Of a stretch of 49,292 bases of DNA, positions 17,814 through 26,254 are shown piece by piece (position 1 is the first letter of the stretch; every line of letters starts with the position of its first letter). The position numbers were made by a program, and so were the translations under genes. The DNA comes from an uncultured Christensenella sp. (GTDB lineage: Bacteria > Bacillota > Clostridia > Christensenellales > Aristaeellaceae): assembly GCA_964629345.1 (NCBI GenBank), contig CAZVSG010000002.1, forward strand, positions 1-49,292. The letters run 5' to 3'. Under the pieces are notes generated by a model. It made no database searches. It saw only the letters and a program-made list of their open reading frames with translations, and had not been told where the DNA came from.

Positions 17814-18928
17814 TGACCCCCTCCTACGTCCGCGGCGCCTTCATCGTCCGCTGATTCCCCAGGCGTTTCCCGTTTCTTTCTTCTCATGGAGAACGTCTGG
17901 TCGATGATGACGGCGAAAAACCCGACGATAATGAACAGATAATATGTCATAAAGCGCCAGATCAGCAAGGCCGCGAAAATCATCGAGTCCGGGAAAAAGC
18001 TCCTGAAAAACAAATAGAATCCGCCTTCCTGCGCGCCTGAAGCGCCCGGAAGCGGCGTGAACGAAGCGGTGATGTACAGGAGAAACTGAATGGTCAACAC
18101 TTCAACATAACTGCTTGCGACAAGGGAAAATCCTCTGTAAATGGAATAGGCCACGCTCATCAGCGCCGTGACCTGAACCAGAGACAGGGCGAAAAGCACC
18201 AGGAACTGGCCGGGATGCTGTGTGAGGATCTCAACGCTGGAATGAAAATCATTCGTCGCGGCGTCAAGGCGCGAGGACGTTTTTGCTTTGTCCTTGATGA
18301 GCCGGAGTTTGCTCCCCAGGTTCACGGCAAAAACAATGATCGCGCGGACAAGGTTCCGGTTGATCGCCAGAAGGATCACAAGGACCACCATCACGGAATT
18401 GAGAAAGAAACCGAAAGCGACCAGCCAGACCCCTTTGCCAAGAATGCCGTATACGTAGCTTCCCTTAAAGGCCCACAGCAGCGCGCCGATCAGGAGCAAC
18501 GCGCATTGCCAGCAGAAGAATTTCACAGCCAGCGCTGAGTAGCCAATGCCGGTTGCCACGCCTCTCTTTTTCAGCGCGAAAGCCTGCATCGGCTGCCCGC
18601 CCGATGCTGCAGGCGTGATGGACGAATAATAGATACCGATCAGGCCGACCAGGTTACAGGATGCCAGTTTGACAGATACCTGCTGAAAGATGAAGAATAT
18701 CTTCAGGATCAGGCCTTCCATCAGAATGTGCACGGCGATGAATGATGCGGCACCTATAAGCCATACAGGATCAATCCTTTGAAACGCGCCGATGATCTGA
18801 GTGATGTCACCGGCTTGCGAGACGAGGTACAGGACAAGCAGGAGGGTCAGAATGATGAAACCCATGTTCAGCAGCATGCTGCGTTTTTCTTTGGTCAGTT
18901 TCGCCATAAACCCTTTCCGCATCAACAT
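17810..18928 (-). CDS. UPF0104 / lysyl-PG-synthase-TM-like (flippase-like) polytopic membrane protein
   Basis: About 8 predicted TM helices. The N-terminal pattern K....l..g..i..l.l......d......f..i...wl......f is typical of the family. The start is uncertain: ATG at 18928, 18922 or 18907, and the last has GGAAAGGG upstream. A TATAAT is present on the minus strand at 18954..18949. Confidence 0.75.
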   Translation of the reverse strand: MLMRKGFMAKLTKEKRSMLLNMGFIILTLLLVLYLVSQAGDITQIIGAFQRIDPVWLIGAASFIAVHILMEGLILKIFFIFQQVSVKLASCNLVGLIGIYYSSITPAASGGQPMQAFALKKRGVATGIGYSALAVKFFCWQCALLLIGALLWAFKGSYVYGILGKGVWLVAFGFFLNSVMVVLVILLAINRNLVRAIIVFAVNLGSKLRLIKDKAKTSSRLDAATNDFHSSVEILTQHPGQFLVLFALSLVQVTALMSVAYSIYRGFSLVASSYVEVLTIQFLLYITASFTPLPGASGAQEGGFYLFFRSFFPDSMIFAALLIWRFMTYYLFIIVGFFAVIIDQTFSMRRKKRETPGESADDEGAADVGGGQ

Positions 18929-19028
18929 GTACGCATTTACATAGGGAAATTATAGCATAGCGCATATGCTTTGTCACGGAACGGCGGTCCGATGTGCGCC
19001 CATGCGTCTGTGCTGCAAACCGCCTGGC

Positions 19029-19290
19029 GTCGCGTCCCTTCAATGCAGCCGCAGATTTCAGGCAGTGGTCCACATAAAACGATGGGACAGGATTCGGCAG
19101 GCAGGCGCTGTCGGCCCTGGAACAGCACAGGATCAGCTTCAAACACATCCCGACTGGGATCGACGCGATGTGCGTGATGGTTTCCGCTTCAGCGCCGGGC
19201 AATGAACGGCGACCTTTCCATCAGCATCAGCATTGTCCAGGTGGATCTGAACCGCGCGGTCAAGCGATCCATGACGCTTTCATCAGCGTA
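19029..19290 (+). pseudogene. Decayed 3' remnant of an aspartate kinase (ACT-domain region), frameshifted and internally deleted
   Basis: Three different plus-strand frames each carry an aspartokinase-like piece. Frame 3 (19047..19082) reads CSRRFQAVVHIKR. Frame 1 (19081..19194) reads DGTGFGRQALSALEQHRISFKHIPTGIDAMCVMV. Frame 2 (19211..19264) reads DLSISISIVQVDLNRAVK. Frame 1 then resumes at 19264..19290 with AIHDAFISV. Firmicute aspartokinases, as I recall them, contain GFGRK.L.ILE...IS.EH.PSGID and nISfvV...D...AV.AIH..F. No N-terminal kinase part is present. Confidence 0.4.
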
Positions 19291-19361
19291 AAACCCTTTG
19301 GATGCATGAAAGAGGGATCGATCAGCGTTCTATGAATGAAAATCAGCAAGGAGGCAAGTTT

Positions 19362-20090
19362 ATGAAAAGATCCGTCGCTGCCCTGATGGTTGTATCGTTC
19401 GTTCTGGTGCTGCTGCCCGGCGCTTTTGCCATGCCGGCAGGCAGCCTGCCGCCAGACCGCCTTGTCAGCCTTGAACATAACGCGCCCAATACCGGGAAGA
19501 TGCTGCCCGCCGTATTTGATCCCTACCAGAACACCTACCTGCTGACCGTCGCAAACTGGGTATCCAGGATCACCTTTACCCCTGTCACGTCATCCGCAAG
19601 CTCGGTGGTGACCGTCAACGGACAGGTGGTTCAAAGCGGACAGAAGTCCCAGATCATTCAAATGACCAATGACCCGCAGGAAGTTCAGGTGACCGTTTCC
19701 GCATACGACACCGCCAGCCAGCTGACCGCGCAGAACACCTACACGATCTACCTGCAGAGGCGTCCCAGTGAGCGGCGCACCCGCGTGTCCGCGGGCTACA
19801 TCTCCCAGATCAGCCTTTCTGACGGGATAGCCACGGTTTCAGCGGATCTGGTGACCGTCACCTACCAGGACAAGACGAACATCTCCACTCTCATCAACGA
19901 CAGCGTCTATCTGTACAAGTACAATACCGCCCCCAACTGCCTGTTCTATTACGGGACGAAGCAGAACCCCGTCAGGGCGGTCGACGCGCTGGACTTTGTC
20001 AACAATTATCTGTCAAGCGGCAGCAACCTGTACTACATCGTCTACATCGAGGATGAGATCGTCGCCGTGATGCCCTACGCGTCTGACTGA
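19362..20090 (+). CDS. Secreted protein with a cadherin-like beta-sandwich domain
   Basis: I chose the internal ATG at 19362, preceded by AAGGAGG, which gives MKRSVAALMVVSFVLVLLPGAFA as a signal peptide. Residues 35-135 fit the cadherin-like beta-sandwich pattern (F.P....Y.L.V...V..I.F.P........V.VNG..V.SG..S..I......Q.V.V.V.A.D......YTIY..R). The C-terminal half is uncharacterised. Confidence 0.6.
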   Translation: MKRSVAALMVVSFVLVLLPGAFAMPAGSLPPDRLVSLEHNAPNTGKMLPAVFDPYQNTYLLTVANWVSRITFTPVTSSASSVVTVNGQVVQSGQKSQIIQMTNDPQEVQVTVSAYDTASQLTAQNTYTIYLQRRPSERRTRVSAGYISQISLSDGIATVSADLVTVTYQDKTNISTLINDSVYLYKYNTAPNCLFYYGTKQNPVRAVDALDFVNNYLSSGSNLYYIVYIEDEIVAVMPYASD

Positions 20091-20113
20091 TTGGCGAGTA
20101 TGATCGCGCAGAA

Positions 20114-20143
20114 AAGTGCCCGGCGTTTTGCAGCCGGGCACTT
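20114..20143. terminator. Hairpin between convergent genes (11-bp stem)
   Basis: AAGTGCCCGGC-gttttgca-GCCGGGCACTT, followed by GCTTTGATT on the plus strand. It lies between the stop at 20090 (+) and the sodA stop at 20156 (-). Confidence 0.55.
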
Positions 20144-20155
20144 GCTTTGATTGGT

Positions 20156-20767
20156 TCAGCCTTTCATCGCTGACTCGAAGCGCCTTGAGACCTCCTGCCA
20201 GTTCACGACCTGCCAGAAGTTCTTCAGGTATTCCGGCCTGCGGTTCTGATACTTCAGGTAGTAGGCATGCTCCCAGACGTCCGCGCCCAGGAGGGGTACG
20301 TGTCCGTTTGTCAGAGGGCTGTCCTGATTGGCTGTCTTCTCAATCTTCAGCTTGCCGTCCGCAAGCGTCAGCCAGGCCCACCCGGAACCGAACTGGGTCT
20401 TCCCGGCATTTTCAAACAGTTCCTGGAACTGCTCAAAACTGCCAAAGGTTTCGTTGATCCCGTCAAGCAGCGTCCCATCAAGCTTGGAACTGCCCGCGGG
20501 ACCCAGGTTCTCCCAGAACAGGTTGTGGTTGTAGTAACCGCCTCCGTTGTTCCTTACCGCCGTGCGCAGGTTCTCGGGCAGATCGGGCAGACTCCTGATG
20601 AGCCTCCCGATGTCCCAGCCGGCATACGCCGTCCCTTCAAGCGCTTTGTTCAGGTTGTCGGTATAAGCCTGATGGTGCTTGGTATGGTGGATCCTCATCG
20701 TGGTTTCGTCGATGTAGGGTTCAAGCGCGTTATACGCGTATTTCAGTTCCGGCAGTAAAAAAATCAT
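20156..20767 (-). CDS. sodA: Fe/Mn-family superoxide dismutase
   Basis: LPEL.Y.Y.ALEP.ID..TM.IHH.KHH..Y, NNGGG..NH..FW, FGSGWAWL, D.WEHAYYL.Y.N.R..Y. The internal ATG at 20767 has AAGGAGG upstream. The 60-aa N-terminal extension in the track is non-homologous. Confidence 0.93.
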   Translation of the reverse strand: MIFLLPELKYAYNALEPYIDETTMRIHHTKHHQAYTDNLNKALEGTAYAGWDIGRLIRSLPDLPENLRTAVRNNGGGYYNHNLFWENLGPAGSSKLDGTLLDGINETFGSFEQFQELFENAGKTQFGSGWAWLTLADGKLKIEKTANQDSPLTNGHVPLLGADVWEHAYYLKYQNRRPEYLKNFWQVVNWQEVSRRFESAMKG

Positions 20768-20863
20768 GTCAAGCCTCCTTCGTTTGGTATTGTGTTCATA
20801 CCCTCCGATCTCCCCGATGAAACAAAAGGTCAAGGGACGAGTCCGTTCTGTTGCGGATGCGGT

Positions 20864-20893
20864 TTGCAGCCGGCTTGTGTACCCTGCTATAAT
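20864..20893 (+). promoter_or_regulatory. Candidate extended -10 promoter (TTGCAG-18-TGcTATAAT) for the kinase-like gene
   Basis: TTGCAG at 20864..20869, TG at 20885..20886, and TATAAT at 20888..20893, about 87 nt before the ATG at 20980. Confidence 0.4.
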
Positions 20894-20979
20894 GAAAAAG
20901 ATCAGCAGAGGCGCGCATGTCCTATCAGGTGCCCTGCGCCCTGACATACGGGAGGACAGTCGGAAAGTGCGTTTGACCT

Positions 20980-21813
20980 ATGATAAAGCTTGAGGCGGGC
21001 GGGCTTGAAGTCGAGCTGAAGGCTTTCCATGATCTCAGCTGGCTGAAGGATTATGGTCGGGTCTTCTGTGTGTTCGACCGTCTCATCTCCGGCAACCTGT
21101 GCCTGGGGACGGAAAAGAGCGGGGAGAAGCTGTTCATCAAATATGCGGGCGCTCCGACCGTGAATTACGCGGGAAGCCCTCAAAGGGCGGCGGACAGGCT
21201 CCGTGAGGCGGAAGAAAAGTATCACCAGCTCAAGCACCCGAAATTGAGCGGCGCAATCTCCCGTATTGATACCGGCGGCGGCTTTGGGCTCGTTTTCAGA
21301 TGGTTCGAGGGATTTGCGCTTGCCCCGCTTGAAGCCCATATGCGCGCACTGCGCGGACTGCCCCTGTCAACAAGGCTTCGCCTGTATGACGGGCTGGCGG
21401 ATTTCATGGCGCAGGCCTCCGGCAGGGACTACGTCCTGTCAGGGTTCTCGGACAGGCATATCCTGGTCGATTTTGTAGGCCCGGACGCCCTCATCTGTTC
21501 CGCGGACGATATGATGCTGATGCCCGCTGTCACGCCTTACCCAAAAATGCCGGGTTCCCCATGGTATATCCCCCCGGAAGGGTATGTGCGCGGCGCGCGG
21601 CTGAATGAGCAGAGCAACGTGTATATCATGGGCGCGCTGGCCTTCACGTTCTTTGGAAACCGGTCCACGATGAACAAGGCGGGATGGAAAGCCGGCAGCC
21701 TGCTGTATGATACGGCGAAACAGGCAGTTTCAGAGCATCCGGGAAAAAGACAAAAAACAGCCGGTGAATATCTCTCCAGCTGGCGTTCCGCGGTGATGCG
21801 GCTCCCGGAATAG
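20980..21813 (+). CDS. Protein-kinase-like fold protein with degenerate catalytic motifs (possible pseudokinase)
   Basis: 277 aa. KLFIKYAG resembles the VAIK lysine motif. FSDRHILVDF sits in place of HRD..N. SADD sits in place of DFG. SPWYIPPEG resembles the APE motif, and SNVYIMGALAFTFF resembles the DxWSxG helix. The SD is weak. Confidence 0.45.
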   Translation: MIKLEAGGLEVELKAFHDLSWLKDYGRVFCVFDRLISGNLCLGTEKSGEKLFIKYAGAPTVNYAGSPQRAADRLREAEEKYHQLKHPKLSGAISRIDTGGGFGLVFRWFEGFALAPLEAHMRALRGLPLSTRLRLYDGLADFMAQASGRDYVLSGFSDRHILVDFVGPDALICSADDMMLMPAVTPYPKMPGSPWYIPPEGYVRGARLNEQSNVYIMGALAFTFFGNRSTMNKAGWKAGSLLYDTAKQAVSEHPGKRQKTAGEYLSSWRSAVMRLPE

Positions 21814-21816
21814 ATA

Positions 21817-22914
21817 TTACAGGCTGACCACTCCGTCCTTGACCTTCAAAATGCAGTCTGGCCTGATCCCGTCCAGCCCGCTCAAGTCAGTGCAGGTCAG
21901 GAGCGTTTGCATGCTGACAAGCCTTGCAAGCAGCCTTGCGCGTCTTCCCTGGTCCAGTTCGCTGAGAACGTCATCCAGCAGCAGCAGCGGCGCTTCCCCG
22001 TGTGCTTTTGCCAGGATGTCGATCTGCGCCAGCCGCATGGCGAGCGCAGCGGTCCTGGCCTGGCCCTGGGATGCGAAGGAACGCATTTCCTGTCCAGCCA
22101 GCATCATCCGCAGATCATCCCTGTGCGGGCCTGACCCCGTGGACAGCCGCCGCAGATCGTCCGCCCTGCCGCTTTGAAGCTGTTCCATCAGGTCCTTCTC
22201 CGGATGGATGGATTCTGCGAGCGTTCCCTGATACCGAAGGAAAAAGTGTTCATCCCTCCGGCCTGAAATATAGGCGTAGTGTTCTTTCGCGGCCTGGCTG
22301 ATGGCGTTTGCCGCGTCCCGCCTTTGCCGCACGATCGGGGCAGCGGATTTGGAAAGCTGCTCATCCCAGACGTCAAGCTGCCCCATATCCGCGTTCCCCC
22401 TTATGATTTCCTTCAGCAGGGCGTTCCGCTGGCGCAGGATGGATCCATAGGTCTGGATCGCGTAGAAGTAGGCGGCCTGGCACTGGGAAAGAAGCATATC
22501 CAGAAACCCGCGGCGTCCCTGCGGCGGGCCTTTGACAAGATCAAGGTCCTCCGGCGAGAACATGACGCAGGTCATGTGACCCATCAGCTCGCCGATCCGC
22601 TGGACGACCTTTCCGTTGATATAGATCAGCTTCCGTTCGCCCTGCTGGTTGAACAGGCGTACACCCACTTCATCCTGAATGGATACGCGCTGAATGCGCG
22701 CGTGCACGGCGCAGGTTTTCTCGCCGATCCTGATCATGTCCCGGTCGATGGACGTGCGGTGGCTTCGGCCAAGGCAGCATAAATGGATCGCCTCAAGGAG
22801 ATTGGTTTTTCCCGCCCCATTTTCCCCGACGAATACTGTGAGACCCTCCGGCGGCATCACCGTAAGCTGCCGGTAGGAGCGAAACTGGTGCAGGCGAAGC
22901 TGAAGCAGGCGCAT
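21817..22914 (-). CDS. recF: DNA replication and repair protein RecF
   Basis: L.L..FRSY......P..GL.VFVGENGAGKTNLLEAI, the SMC-like signature S.GQ.RT.ALA.RLA, and Walker B LLLLDDV.SELD. Confidence 0.95.
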   Translation of the reverse strand: MRLLQLRLHQFRSYRQLTVMPPEGLTVFVGENGAGKTNLLEAIHLCCLGRSHRTSIDRDMIRIGEKTCAVHARIQRVSIQDEVGVRLFNQQGERKLIYINGKVVQRIGELMGHMTCVMFSPEDLDLVKGPPQGRRGFLDMLLSQCQAAYFYAIQTYGSILRQRNALLKEIIRGNADMGQLDVWDEQLSKSAAPIVRQRRDAANAISQAAKEHYAYISGRRDEHFFLRYQGTLAESIHPEKDLMEQLQSGRADDLRRLSTGSGPHRDDLRMMLAGQEMRSFASQGQARTAALAMRLAQIDILAKAHGEAPLLLLDDVLSELDQGRRARLLARLVSMQTLLTCTDLSGLDGIRPDCILKVKDGVVSL

Positions 22915-22915
22915 G

Positions 22916-23392
22916 TTACTTATGATACCTCTGTCCTGAGATGATTTTAAAAGCCCGGTAAAGCTGTTCCAAAAGCATGACGCGGGCCAGCTGATGCGGA
23001 AAGGTCATTTGGGACAGAGACAGCGTCTCATCCGCACGATCGCGGACCTCTTTGGATAGTCCGAGTGAACCGCCGATGACAAGAACGACGGAAAGGGACT
23101 GATCGCGCCATCGGCTGACATTGTCACTGAATGAGACACTGTCCTGCTGTTTACCTGTGATCTCCAGTACAACGACGTGGTCCTGCGGCTTCAGGCGGCC
23201 CAGGATCCTGCCGCCCTCTGTCTTCACGGTGTTCTCTGCGTCTTTTGCCGACGCGCTGCCGGGATCCTTTTCATCAGGCAGTTCGATCATTTCGATCCTG
23301 CAGTAATGGTTCAGCCTGGACAGGTATTCCCTGGCTGCCAGTTCGAACCCCTTCTCCTTCAGCTTCCCGACAGCAATGATCGTCACGCGCAT
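22916..23392 (-). CDS. rlmH: 23S rRNA (pseudouridine1915-N3)-methyltransferase RlmH
   Basis: MRVTIIAVGKLKEK....A..EY..RL, V.L...GK...S..F, L...IGGS.G.S.EV...A....SLS.MTFPHQL.R..L.EQ.YRA. The internal ATG at 23392 was chosen; the 62 upstream residues in the track are non-homologous. The stop lies 1 nt before the recF ATG. Confidence 0.93.
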   Translation of the reverse strand: MRVTIIAVGKLKEKGFELAAREYLSRLNHYCRIEMIELPDEKDPGSASAKDAENTVKTEGGRILGRLKPQDHVVVLEITGKQQDSVSFSDNVSRWRDQSLSVVLVIGGSLGLSKEVRDRADETLSLSQMTFPHQLARVMLLEQLYRAFKIISGQRYHK

Positions 23393-23674
23393 CACGGGTT
23401 CACGATCCGATGCTTGTTTTCCAAAACGCTCTGATGTCCTTTCACAGCGATCATACGGGGAGTATATCATAAACCGCCGCTTCCCTGATGGGAACTGCTT
23501 CACAGGATCGTAAAGAATCATCAACAGCCCATCAATTGAATAAGTACCGCGATTCCGTGAATATTTGCACAGACTCATAATTCATCCGGTCTTTTTTGCT
23601 CATGACGTTCATCGATTCCGGATTTCTGAAAACGAATATGCATCGACTGCGGCCTTCTCAGTCAAACACCTGTT

Positions 23675-23821
23675 CTATCCACACTGTCCACAGGTTTATC
23701 CACAGATTTCCCGGATTTATGGCAGTTTTCACGGTGAAACGGGAATTTAACGGCAAAATTGGAAATTTTTCGCCGGTTATCCACAAGTGCCGACGCCTGA
23801 TTATCCCAAGTCCTTTCCACA
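23675..23821 (+). promoter_or_regulatory. Cluster of co-oriented DnaA boxes (2 perfect TTATCCACA plus 4 near-matches)
   Basis: The boxes are CTATCCACA at 23675, CTGTCCACA at 23684, TTATCCACA at 23696 (perfect), TTATCCACA at 23777 (perfect), TTATCCCAA at 23801 and CTTTCCACA at 23813. All read on the plus strand. An AT-rich stretch (GGAATTTAACGGCAAAATTGGAAATTTTT) lies between the perfect boxes. The cluster sits in a 537-nt noncoding gap upstream of rlmH. Confidence 0.6.
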
Positions 23822-23890
23822 CGAACCCATTTTCAGACCGAAGTCTGTTCGTTGTTCCGGTCAAGTCCGCCGTTGATAGTCCCAATAAAG

Positions 23891-23914
23891 AAAAAAACCC
23901 GCCTTGCCGGCGGG
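23891..23914 (-). terminator. Rho-independent terminator of the ABC ATPase gene
   Basis: The minus strand reads CCCGCC-ggcaa-GGCGGG followed by TTTTTTT, 16 nt after the stop at 23930. Confidence 0.7.
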
Positions 23915-23929
23915 TCGGGGTCCGCAGGG

Positions 23930-25051
<1,122 letters not shown>

Positions 25052-25322
25052 GATAGACCTCCTTATTTGCTGTGTGCTTTCCCTGCACATTCACTTACAA
25101 TGCATTTTAAGGGCTTGAGGACAGGATTTCCATTGATGGAATTGCTGAAGTTCTACTCAGTCCTTTGTGCAAAATATGAAACGGACGGAAAACAAAAGTC
25201 CGTTTTGGCACATCTCCCCCTGTGCTGACAAACGCGCCGGGTCATTTTGACCGTCTCATCAGTCCCGCCTGTCCCCCTCATTAACCTTTTCCCAGCCGAT
25301 ACAAAACGGTTTACTCGCGCGA

Positions 25323-25583
25323 CTACCGGAAGAGATAACCTGTCCTGCCTTCCCCGGCCGCTCTGAGCACCTCGATCAGCCTGCCGCCATACTCCCCCAG
25401 CGCGTTCAGCATCGCCCCCCTGTGCGTCAGAACGATCGCAACATCATCCATTTCACCAAGACAATCCGCCAGCGCGTCCAGGTTCTCCCCATAATGCTCC
25501 GGCAGCGTCAGCATCTGTCTGAGATAGGAGTGCATCTGAGTCCGGGAATCCATTTTCCTGCCGTCCAGTTCAATCGTCCGCAT
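25323..25583 (-). CDS. Barstar-family ribonuclease inhibitor
   Basis: 86 aa from the ATG at 25583 (SD GGAGG). M..I.LDG..M.S....H.YL...L.LPE.YG.NLDAL.DCL is the classic barstar N-terminal pattern. The start overlaps the barnase stop by 14 nt. Confidence 0.85.
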   Translation of the reverse strand: MRTIELDGRKMDSRTQMHSYLRQMLTLPEHYGENLDALADCLGEMDDVAIVLTHRGAMLNALGEYGGRLIEVLRAAGEGRTGYLFR

Positions 25584-26124
25584 GTTCTTCCTCCCCGTAA
25601 AGCAGGACAAAGCTGCTGTAGTGGTCCCCGGTATAGTAGATCAGTCCGTCGTTTGAAAATACGATCCGCTTCTCCCCCCGGCTGTCTGCGCCAAGGGTGT
25701 CAATGTCGCACTCGTAATAGATCCTGCCGGCTTTTTCCGAAAGCAGCCCTTCATAATTGCGGAAAACATCGCCGCCGATACAGGCGTCCTCAACAAACGG
25801 GCGCAGATCGCCGTTCTGCCAGCCAAGGGTACGCGCCTGTGTTTTTGTGATGTAGTTGCCCGGCAGACGTCCATAGCGCTTCAGGTACAGCGCAACGTCG
25901 TCCCTTGAAGAATAGATCCCGTTCTCATCGATCCCGGAGTTCTTCCCCTGCACATTTGTTTCTGTGTCAGGTTTCCCGGCGGACTCGACAGCCGATCGCT
26001 GGACGGGATCCACGTCCAGCTTCCTGGTGTCCGGCATCCGGCCGATAAGCAGCACCGCGGCTGTCAGAGCGATCAGAAGCACAAGGGCGACGGCCGGCAG
26101 GGACTTCCTGTTCAGTCTTTTCAT
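25570..26124 (-). CDS. Secreted or membrane-anchored barnase-type (microbial RNase N1/T1 superfamily) ribonuclease
   Basis: An N-terminal hydrophobic signal/anchor and a low-complexity linker precede the RNase domain. The domain reads V..YL..YG.LP.NYITK..A..LGW, GGD.F.N.EG.LP, Y.ECDI, RG..RIV.S.DG.IYYT.DHY.SF. Confidence 0.85.
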   Translation of the reverse strand: MKRLNRKSLPAVALVLLIALTAAVLLIGRMPDTRKLDVDPVQRSAVESAGKPDTETNVQGKNSGIDENGIYSSRDDVALYLKRYGRLPGNYITKTQARTLGWQNGDLRPFVEDACIGGDVFRNYEGLLSEKAGRIYYECDIDTLGADSRGEKRIVFSNDGLIYYTGDHYSSFVLLYGEEEHADD

Positions 26125-26254
26125 GTTTCAGCCTTTCAGACCTGATTTCAATCCGTGGTATACTCCATCTGCGCATCCGGCATGCCCTGCCGGAACCCCT
26201 TCATCCTTGCAGGGATACGGCAGCGACAATGTCAGGGCATCGTAAGGAGTCAAG

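Noticed and set aside
20768-20947. Long N-terminal extensions are offered by the ORF track for several genes. They are sodA (+60 aa), rlmH (+62), secA (+32), the ABC ATPase (+13), barstar (+9), glmS (+8), glmE (+6), yraN (+15), rbgA (+68) and the 19302 ORF (+20).
   Set aside because: In each case homology starts at an internal start codon that has a good SD sequence. The extra residues are non-homologous and run into promoter or leader DNA.
23581-23830. Could the DnaA-box region be the chromosomal origin (oriC)?
   Set aside because: No dnaA or dnaN is adjacent. Flanking genes are on the minus strand on both sides, so there is no replication-associated orientation switch. I could not see DnaA-trio repeats or a long AT-rich unwinding element. 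I kept it as a DnaA-box cluster finding instead. Whole-chromosome GC skew would settle the question.
25100-25234. Small ORFs lie in the 230-nt gap between barstar and the ABC ATPase. One is a 44-aa plus-strand ORF, MHFKGLRTGFPLMELLKFYSVLCAKYETDGKQKSVLAHLPLC. The other is a 42-aa minus-strand ORF.
   Set aside because: Neither has a convincing SD at proper spacing or a recognisable motif. The region also contains a weak 7-bp hairpin (25180..25204) that may simply be the barstar terminator.
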